Below, piece after piece: positions 54,032-64,000 of a DNA stretch of 64,000 bases (the stretch's first letter is position 1; each line of letters begins with the position of its first letter). Origin of the DNA: Octopus vulgaris (Eukaryota); NCBI GenBank assembly GCA_951406725.2, contig OX597827.1, forward strand, positions 22,134,001-22,198,000. The letters run 5' to 3'. Under the pieces are notes generated by a model that had not been told where the DNA came from, searched no databases, and saw only the letters and a program-made list of their open reading frames with translations. The translations under genes and the position numbers were made by a program.

Positions 54032-54564
54032 TACATACACACACATATATATATATATGAATTGTCATATTGTTACCATTCATATTTGTATTAAGTGTTG
54101 ATTATTACCCTAGTCAAAAACTGGCTCCTTGCTAATTATTTTAATTGACTGAATCTTAATTAATATTAAATCAATACCCACAAGAATTTGTATCGTATTC
54201 CAAGGTTTGGTTATTTATTTACGGAATATGAATTAAATAGTTTTCTAATGTATTAATGTTTTCGTTAAGGAAACATTGCAACAAGAGAAAATGCAGGGAT
54301 TGAGAAATTAAAAATTGGTGTGTGTGTGCATGCATGCATGTTTGTGTGTGTGTGTGTGTGTGTGTATGTGTGTGTATATATATATATATCTATATATATA
54401 TATATATACACACAAATATAAATTGCATACAGGTCACTCAGAGATTGTCTATTATTGAAAAAGAAACATTTATGTTGTTATTGTTAAATTATTATGGTTA
54501 AGATGTTTAAATGTTTATTACAAAATTTTATCACCCTGCCAAACTCATGTAAAATATAGAGAAA

Positions 54565-54602
<38 letters not shown>

Positions 54603-57062
54603 TAATAATGATAATAATGATAATAGAGAGGGAAAATTTATTGATTGACCATGTTTTCAGTGAAGTGACTGAAAAAATAATTAACATGTATGTGTCAAAA
54701 TTCACACACACACATACACACACAATAATAATATTAGTAATGGCCTTGTGCTTTGTTAAAATGAATATTAAACACCATGTTCATGAAACTCTACAAATAC
54801 AAAAGTTTCATTTTCCTTTTGTGTTATTTTATTCTGCCCATATTTGTCTAATTTCTGTTAATTCTCCATCTCCTTGTTATTGTTGTTTAAAGAAACATTT
54901 ACAGGTTGCAGTCAAATTGACTGGTAGAAAATATTAAGTTTTGTCTGTAGGAGACAGGACAGTCTTCCCCGAGAGAAACAACCACAGAATATCAGTTTAT
55001 CAGAATAAACTTCCCTGCATTGGATGATAATATTTATGCAAGGATAAGGACATTTACCTCCTGAATGTCAACTGCTTAATGCTCAGTAGAAATTATGCTT
55101 CAGTCGTATTGAGGGAAGGAACTTGCTACGTTTAAATGGCATTGAAGGTATTTATTGGAGGCAGGTGATGGAGGTCTGTTGGAGATCATAATCCTACATT
55201 TACATCCAGTCACTTTGCTGTTGCAGAAAGAATGTTTTTATCTGCAGTAATAGTTTAGCATGTTATCCAGGGGTGATGTTTGCTTCTTTTTCATCTAGTG
55301 CATAAAATAAAGAGTAGTTATTTATGGAGTTTCAATCTGAAGGGGGCTTCTGACTTTACTGACGAGATCTGTCCAAGGAATCATAATTATAAAATTCTGT
55401 TAATATTTTTCGTCTGTGAATAGATTGTCCTGCTATCATTGACTTTCTTTTGTTTAAAATCTTCCAACAATTTAAACCTCTATACAAATGAGGTCAGTTG
55501 ACTTAAAGATATGAAATGTTTGCTGTTTCCATTGCCAGCTTTAAGTTAAATTCAATTTACTTACCTACCACGAATGTCCTCAGACAATAACTTTGTGAAA
55601 CCTTCCATCATCATGTCTTTTAAAAATCAATAGGACTGATCAGTTATTGATGAATATCTTTGGTCAAACAACAGCTATCTCTAGAAAGTCTCTTCATCTG
55701 ATGAAGTATTGGACTAAACGACCTTCAGTATTTAATCTCCTCTGGCCTGCACCGGAGTTCAGCCCTTATTACAGTCGACTTTTTACCTTTTCAAGGGTGT
55801 GGTCGTTTGACAGGGTTCATATAACCAGTACCACTAATATGCTGCTAGTTGATTCAATCAACTAAACATGCCCCTTTCTTATATATTTTTTTCAAAAGGC
55901 CCTGAGCCTAATCTAAACAAATTATTAAACAGTTACAAATGTAATATTTAAAAATATTTATAAAAATAACTAAAAATAATTATCTGTTTGCTTTCAGTGA
56001 TAAAGTTTATAAAATATTGTTTTTCACCCTCCTCCTTTTTACCTGTTGTATTCCCCCCCCCCCACTTCTACTTGTTATTAAAGTCACATGATATGTGTTA
56101 CCTGCTTCATTTAGATTCACATGATGCATTTCTTGTTAAAATCTCTGTTAATTTATTTATGACAAAAAGAAGAAAAAGTTTATATGCATACACATATTAC
56201 TACATGTATCTGTGTGTGTGTGTGTGTGTGTGTGTATACAACTGTATGTTTGTATGTATGCACACACATTTATTATTAGCTGAGAATACCATAGGAGTTA
56301 CTTAAGGACTTACTGTTTCATACCTTTGGTGTTTTGCCATGAAGCACTATGTTCTGACCAACTTCTCTAGTTTTCTCAGTTTAAAAACTTACATATACTC
56401 TGCTTCATGTATTGAGTTCTCTTTTCCCATTTTGTAAAACCTAATGTACTTACGTTTGTGTCTAGAAGTGGCATAGCTGTGTTATTGTGACCACTTACTC
56501 CTGGGGTCTGTGTTTGTCCCCTGCTAAAAGCACTCTGCTTTTTACCGTCTTGAGGGTGAGACCTTGTAAATTCCATATTATTTCAGTAGAAAGGGTACCA
56601 AATTGTCTCTGAATCTTAACCAGTCATGAGGAGAGCTGCCTCCATTTGGAAAGGGGTCTCTCTCTCTCTCTCACTTTCTCCCTCCCATTGGGGATGGGGT
56701 TATCTTTCATGCCACTCCCTCTAGTTGGGGGTGGGGCTATTTCTCAGTTTCTCCTTCCATTTGGGGTGGAGCTATTATTTCCTCTCCCTCCAGCTTACTG
56801 GCACAGAGGGTTACAAAGGTCTGCAAGGTAAGCCTTTGTACATGAAATAGCAGCCAAATCTCCCTCAAACCATACTGTAGTTGTAAAATTGAACACACTG
56901 GATAATGTGGTCTTACATCAGTTATGTGTAAAACAGGATAGTCAGGAGTGGAACCTTTTTGATCATAGGTCTGCTCCGTAAAGACTAGCCTGGGGTCAAC
57001 TGAAATTACCTACTTTGGCTTGTAGACCTGTGTGTGTGTGTATGTGTGTGCAGGTATATGTT

Positions 57063-57094
<32 letters not shown>

Positions 57095-58137
57095 CTTGCC
57101 AGTCATCAAACCCTTAGAGATCGTTTATGGTTCAGAAGAGAATATTTGTTGGGCAGTTTTTTCAATTTTTAATAATTTTTTTTTAAAAAACATTTCCCTG
57201 TTGTTGTTACTGTACTGCATTTTTAAATACACTCAGCTGTTGTTGTTATTGTAGAGCTAAGGTTTCATAAATTTGAGGAAGGAGTGGATTAGGGTCCTAG
57301 CCAAAGAGAGAAAAATTGAATATAAAAAATAAAAACAATGAAAATGTAATTTTTTATTTTGTTAATTTTTTTTTTAAAGACTTTAAAAAAAATTATATAT
57401 ATTTTCTTTAAATTTTTTGGAAATAAATCTCTCAAACCCAATTTATATTAATTTAAATTTGTTTTCTCAAAAAATTGGGGAGAGAAAGAACACAAAAATG
57501 TTAATCCTTTTTCCTTTATATTTTTTCTTCAGAAAAAAAATTCTCTCAAGATGTAAAAGAAATCTTTATAACAATATTACTGAAATATTGGTGTTGAATA
57601 TATATATATATGGTGCATGTGGATGTTATATAAAAACAAATGTATATATCTGTTTATATATACATATATTTGTGTATATACATACACACACGCGTGTGTG
57701 TTTATTGGAATCATCTTTTTTTTTTTCAATGTATTAAATTGTCTTTTCTAGTTTTCTTTTTTGTTGAGGTTTTCTTGAAAACCCAAAAATTAAACTAGAT
57801 CAGTTATAATTTTCATAAAATACACACACACACAATATACACATATAGTTGCACATATGTGTATGTGTACATACATACACAAATGAACAGTTAATGTCTG
57901 GTTTTTACCTCTAAAAAGCAAATTTTCTCTTCATTTCTGGGGAAAATGAGAATCTAGTGTTGTGTGTGTGTGTGTAATAATTTTGGCAAAACTGAGTTCA
58001 CTCAGGATTAGATTCATGTCAGGACAAACACAAAGCCAAAGTTTATATTTAACAATTTAGTTACTTATTCAAATACACATGAACTATATGTGCATGTATG
58101 TATATATGATATATTTATGTATGTAGATATATATATG

Positions 58138-58181
<44 letters not shown>

Positions 58182-58911
58182 TTTATATATATGTGTGTAT
58201 ATATGTATATACCTGTATTTATATATGTGTGTATATATCTATCTATATATATATATATATTCACACATACAATTTTAAATGCTGGATTAAACTTAAATGT
58301 AGGGAGAATTTGAGAGAAAAATAAATCCGTAACATGTCATATACATACATATGTATATATATATATATATTTATATATGTATATATATATATGATGGTGA
58401 TAATAACACTACATATTTGTGTGATTAACTGGATTATAAGGCAGTTTGAATACTCGCTCCCACTTCACTCTTATTTATTATATTTTTTCCCCTCATCATC
58501 ATAATAGTCATCATCATTATGGTTCATTGCAATGTTAAACAATGTAAAAGGGCCACAATCTTGTGGTCCCTTTCCAGCTAAGGTTTCTTTCCCCACCTGC
58601 ATTGCAGCTACTTTGAGTGTTATTGGGGTCTGGAAGAGGCATAAATGTCACATAAGCAAAAATGTGAGGCGGGGCAGCGTTTAAAATCATCCTTACGGAA
58701 ATGGTCTGACACCTGTCTGTTTCTCCCTTTTGAATGTGTGCTCGTTAGAAATCATGAATATTAATGAAATGTCATCAGGTTGATGAGTTGGAAACAAATG
58801 AAATCAATCTAACTTGTAATACCAAGCAAATATAATAGTCCATGTTGATTAAACTGTTCCCTTTATAGAATACCTTTGGGGGCCAGGGCCAACCTAAGGG
58901 ATTATTATTAC

Positions 58912-58948
<37 letters not shown>

Positions 58949-58984
58949 GTTGGAGGATTGGCTGAATGCTAAAAGCATTTAATC

Positions 58985-59375
58985 TTTTGTTTGTTTCAGT
59001 CATTAGACTGTGGCCATGCTGGAGCGCTGCCTTGAATTTTAGTCTAACGAATCAGCCCTGATACTATTTTTTTTTTCAAGCCTGGTACTTATTCTGTCAG
59101 TCTCTTTTGCTGAACCGCTAAGTTATGAAGGACATAAATACCTACATCAATTGTCAAGTGGTAGTAGTGGGGGGGGGGGGGGCAAATATAGACATAAGAA
59201 TATATATATATATGTATACATGATGGGTTTCTTTTAGTTTCCATCTACCAAATCCACTCACAAGGCTTTGGTTGGCCCAAGGTTATAGTATAAGACACTT
59301 GTCCAAGGTGCAATAAATTGGGTCTGAACCTGGAACCATGTAGTTAGGAAGCAAACTTCTAACCACAGCCAATGC
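58985..59375 (-). mobile_element. SINE family B
   Basis: TTGTTTCAGTCATTAGACTGTGGCC..CTACCAAATCCACTCACAAGG..AACCACAGCC. Confidence 0.85.
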
Positions 59376-61301
59376 ATCTTGCATATTTGTTGAAATCTCA
59401 CCCCAGTCAACTTTGCTTTTCGCCCTTCCAGGATCAATAAAATCAGGTACCAGTCACATACTGAGGTCAATTTCAACAAAGCTTCTCTTTTCAAAAATTG
59501 CTGTCCTTGTGGAAAGATAGAATCGTTGGTGTCTTTGGACAAAATGTTTTGCAGGATTTACCTGAAGCCCTTCACATTCAGAATTCAAATCCTGCAAAGA
59601 TAAACTTTGCTTGTCTTCCCTCTTGGGTTGATAAAATAAAATACCGGGAGATGTTAGGGTTAATATAAATGATTATCCACCACCCTAAATTTCTAATGTT
59701 AGAAGTAACAATTATCTTTATTATTATTATTATTATTAATAAGTCATAGTGTGTGTGTGAGGTGGGGTATATAAACAAATGATTACTAGATTGGCTATGT
59801 TATTGTTACAAGTTCAATTCGCTGCTCTTCTGGGACTCTGATGAGAGAGGAAACAAAAATGTTTCCCTCAGTCCAGAGGCCTGACAACACAGAGCGGTCA
59901 AGGGTAGTCAGATGGGAGTGTCTTTAAAATGGGAGATGGATTCACTTTACTGTTGTTATATTTCTTTGTTCAAAATTTAAATTCTGCTGAAGGCAACTTG
60001 GCTTATCTTTAAGTCTATAAAACTAGATACCAGTCATATTTTGAGGTCCAGGTTGTACTTCTTCCTCCTTCACTTCAATGTGGCTGAATGCTTTAATTTC
60101 ATTCTCCTCCTGGAAACCGTAGAATAAGTACCAGTTATACATTGTGGTCACTTTATGTAACAATGTCCTCTGCTCTGCAACATTTGTGCCGAAGCTAGAC
60201 ATCATCACCATCATCACCATTGTTATTATTTCTACTGCTAGGGCAGTGACAGAGCATCATACCAAATGTTTTATAGTATTTAGATTCACACTTGCACGTT
60301 CTGAGTTCAAATCCTGCCCACAGTATATAAAATTAAGAAACCAGTCAAGAACTGGGAAAAGGAAGCAATTAATGAATGGCCGTCACCAAGAAATCACCAT
60401 GATTATTATTATTATTATTGTTGTTGTTGTTTAAAGTGTGTGCTGTGATGTGACAGTTTGTTCTCAGTTATATTCCCAAACACATTTGAAAACCTTCTCT
60501 CATCGTCACTTCCCTGAGAAAGGCATCTCCTTCACATTCTCTTACACTCATCCCCAACTCTCTTTCAAAAATATAAAACAAAACTAAAATTCCCCGGCCT
60601 CCAACCTCTGTATGTCATTGTTTATGATTATGATTATTATTATAAGAAAACTATTGTTGTTATTGTTGTTGCAGGTAACATAGTGTAGTAAAGCTAGACC
60701 TATGTTAGTTGCTTTCAATTCCTGACTGGATCTTCTTCACTTCACTAAATGTTACTAATACCACTGGGAAAGGTATGAATGCCACAACTCCCACCTTCCC
60801 TCCCTTTGAAAAATAAAAAAAATTCACCTGCTTCATGCGTATGTAAGAATACATTACCATTATGATCATGATTATTATTGTTATTATTATTATAATTATA
60901 TTATTACTTCTATTACCATTGATTATTATTATTATTATTATGTTGTTCACCCAGAATATTCTAGAAAGATGTATTTAAGACTGTTTTGCTACCTGTTATC
61001 AGTTCAGAGTTCTGTTAATAAAATATATTTAAAAAAAATCTACAGCAATAAAGTTGTTTTTGTAATTATTTCATCAAATAATTTTGTTTTATTGTTTTTG
61101 CATTGTGCCAACCCCTCCTCTTACACAATCACAAATCCCTTTCATTTTAGCTTGCTAACCCAGTATAAAACTGAAGACCAACATTACAGGTGTCTGCTGC
61201 ACATGTATCTAGGGCAGTGCTGTTGCTATTATACACACACACAACGAACATCCATTTGTTTTGTGGCCTCTTAGAGTCCATTCTGTCAGCTTTTTTATAT
61301 A

Positions 61302-61778
61302 CCTTAAATACTTGAGTATAATACGCAGGGGATTTTTAGGGGGCTATATCTCTGAAAAACCTCAACCTTGTGTATCATATGCACTCCTTCTCTAACTTGA
61401 TTCAAGGAGGTCTATATAATGTGTTTGGTTTGTAAAAATGTATACGGTAACATCCTTTATTATTGCCTTCTTTCTCTTTGGCATCTGTTTAATATTGTCT
61501 TTATTTTTTCTCCATAACCTGACATTGTTTTCATCAACATCAAATTTTCTTCCGGCAGCCCTATTACCATGCTCTTCAGCATATGATATAACTATATAAG
61601 ATATTTTTGCGCCCGACATCACAAAATGAGTCTGAATAAACATTGCCGGGCAGAAAATAGAGACTCTGACATTGCTTAGAAAATATTTTTCATTTTTAAC
61701 CTCGTATATAGTATGCACTAGGGATTTTGACCTTTAAATTTTGGGGAAAAAATGTGGACTATACTCGAGGAATTATGG
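61302..61778 (-). mobile_element. Internally deleted pogo/Tc2-type DNA transposon retaining the N-terminal HTH (Brinker-DBD-like) coding segment
   Basis: TA flanks; imperfect TIRs TACCTTAAATACTTGAGTATAATACGCA vs TACCATAATTCCTCGAGTATAGTCCACA (21/28 including TA); ORF VISYAEEHGNRAAGRKFDVDENNVRLWRKNK. Confidence 0.85.
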
Positions 61779-62784
61779 TATGCATTGTGTGTGTGTGTGA
61801 TTGACCACCCCCACTGCTTGACATTAGGTGTTGGTTTGTTTACATCCCTGAAACTTAGCAGTTCAACACAAGAGACTGATAGAATAAGTGCTGGGATTGA
61901 GTTGTTCAACTAAAATTTTTCATGGTGCTGTCCCAGCATGGCCACAGTCTAATGACCGAGACATGTAAAAGATAAAAGAGAGGACATGCCAAACCCAAAG
62001 TGATTTGTTATTCCCTTTCTTTATTTCTACCTGGGGATGATGTCATCAATTGTCCACAGTGGAGCAGTTTCAGGGACTGTTACCCCGTCCCTTAATAGCA
62101 GGAATTTCAGCTGAGTTCAGTGAACACTATTTCAGATATTTTCGTGTTAATTCTTGGTCTTTCTGCCCCACTTTCTCTATTTAGTTGTTCTCTTTCAGTT
62201 TCCATCCCAAGGCGATGATAGTAGGAGATACTTGCTCAAGGTGCAACTTCTTACCATACAGTCATGCCTGCACCAATTTTGCCTTGTGGACATAGTTTGT
62301 TTTGTAAAAACAAGATTAACACTAAGTTTAATTTTCACAACCAGTGAATCATCCTGGTTCACAAAGATGGTGGCCAACAAAAGAATAACTTACCATTCTC
62401 AGACATACACGGAATAATGTGAAAATATAAAATAATGAAAAGGGCTGAAAAACAAAACTGAATAGCATGTTTTTCTTGCGTTAGAAAGGGGGCATCTAGC
62501 TGTAGAAACCATGTCGAAGCAGACAGTGAAGCCAAGGACAGTCTTCTCACTTGTTGGTTCCTGTCAAACTGCCCAACACATGCCAACAAGGAAAACAGTC
62601 ATTAAATGATGATAACGCTGTGTGTGTTTGTATATTCATTAATTTACATGGCATTTCCATGATTGCATGGTTAGATAGATTGTCATGGTCCAAGTTAAAT
62701 CCAGTTTGGAGATATTGCTCTCCAGGATGAATCAGAGGTCCACATCTTGTGTTTCATTTTGGCTTTTTACAGCTAGATGCCCTT

Positions 62785-63043
62785 AGAAGTAAGTAATGTT
62801 CCTTCTCGAGCCATGCTAGGCTCATAAGGGCCGGTTTCTCAGTTTCAGTGGCGTAGAAATTCCCCACCTGGACAGGACGCCGGTCTGTCACAGGATTACT
62901 CATTTTTGCCAGCTGAGTGGACTGGAGCAACATGAAATGAAGTGTTTTGCTCAAGAACACAACGCATTGCCCGGTCCAGGAATCGAAACCACAACCTTAC
63001 AATCATGAGTTCAACACCCTAACCACTAAGCCACACACCTCCA
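62785..63043 (-). mobile_element. SINE family D2 nested in a family C copy
   Basis: 12-bp TSD CTAGATGCCCTT at 62773-84 and 63044-55; intact tRNA-like A/B boxes. Confidence 0.9.
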
Positions 63044-64000
63044 CTAGATGCCCTTCCTAACACCAACCACCCTGCAAAGTGCCCTGAGTACATCTTATCA
63101 TGACACCAACAAAAGAGAGATAGTCGTGTCCTCATCAAGTCCTCTCAATCTCACACTTTAGAGTGTAGTGGGTACATTTTCTTGTCACAAGAGATATGGT
63201 GATATCCGAGTAAAGTGTCTTTTTCACCCTTTCTCTTCTCTTACTCACTGGCGATTGTACAGTCTCCTGGTTGAGTTTATGCAGGCACCAGCTGTAGTGG
63301 GGTTGCTTTGTACCATGCAAGATAAAGGAGTTCTCACTACTCTGCGTAAGAGCTGAAACCAATGAAGAATTATAAACAATTGAAATAAAGAATTATTATA
63401 TAAAACAATTTTATTTAAGGTTCCACCTGTAGGTTTTTCAACAGGAATCAAATGTGTATTAGAAATTAAAAACATATTTAGGATTTTCGTCTCTCATTTA
63501 TGTCACTAGCTACAAGCATGGCTGTGTGATGAAGAAGATCGCTTTATGATTATGTAGTCTCGGGATCAATTCCATTGCATGACATCTTGAGCAAATCTTT
63601 TCAATCGTAGCCTTGAACTGATAAATACCTTGTGAGAGGTATTTGTCAGTGAGAGGGAACTGTGTGGAAGCCTGCTGAAAGGAGCATTCTCATTATTGAG
63701 TGATAAACTTAATACATCACCAAGCTGCACAACTCCACCACCTGGCCACTGTGAACCTTTAGCAGGGACCACTCTGTGACGAGTATTCAGTCCAAGTGTC
63801 TAGTTTGAGGGTTACCTGGTTCCACCAGCCTTGGAGGCTCTGGGAAATATAATAGACACTGGTTGTTGATTTGTTGTGTTTCTGGACAGAACACTATATT
63901 GTACATGACCAGTCCAGGACCAAAGTTTATGAATAATCTTTGATGACATCTTCACATCCAACCCAAATCTGTTGAGTTTCTGTAGTCAAATGGTTGCTGT

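Noticed and set aside
55698-55730. CTGATGA-AGT ATTGG ACT-AAAC hammerhead-like motif
   Set aside because: Lacks the G of GAAA and has no stem I or III pairing
59828-59880. CTGATGA...GAAAC hammerhead-like motif
   Set aside because: No stem II can form (GAGAG) and stem I is out of register; only a simple hairpin
60675-60780. Possible exon reading LLSIPDWIFFTSLNVTNTTGK with an AAG|GTATGA donor (GPCR-like look)
   Set aside because: In-frame stop immediately upstream, stops in all frames from the good acceptor, no partner exons found
62960-63043. tRNA gene-like A/B boxes (also at 21842 and 51255)
   Set aside because: They are SINE heads continuing into SINE bodies, with no complete cloverleaf

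Overview
Eukaryotic, AT-rich genomic DNA saturated with microsatellites and SINEs. The repeat families look like those of octopus/coleoid cephalopods; this is recognition from memory, not a database result. There is one clear protein-coding gene: a 488-aa C2H2 zinc-finger ORF with an uninterrupted CDS (36980-38446, +). It has four N-terminal fingers and a C-terminal Ikaros/Hunchback-type dimerization finger pair. It is probably preceded by a spliced leader (30-nt microexon, uORFs) and possibly by a CpG-retaining promoter near 19.7 kb. The rest is mostly repeats: four SINE families (working names A-D; several copies with TSDs, some dimeric or nested), decayed RTE, Hero-like, CRE-like and Penelope-like retroelements, piggyBac- and pogo/Tigger-type mini-transposons, foldback elements (one with a minimal hammerhead-ribozyme fold), a near-identical 1.94-kb tandem duplication, and long (TA)n-derived arrays. 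Nearly all other ORFs in the track are microsatellite artefacts. Boundaries of decayed repeats are approximate and the SINE list is not exhaustive.
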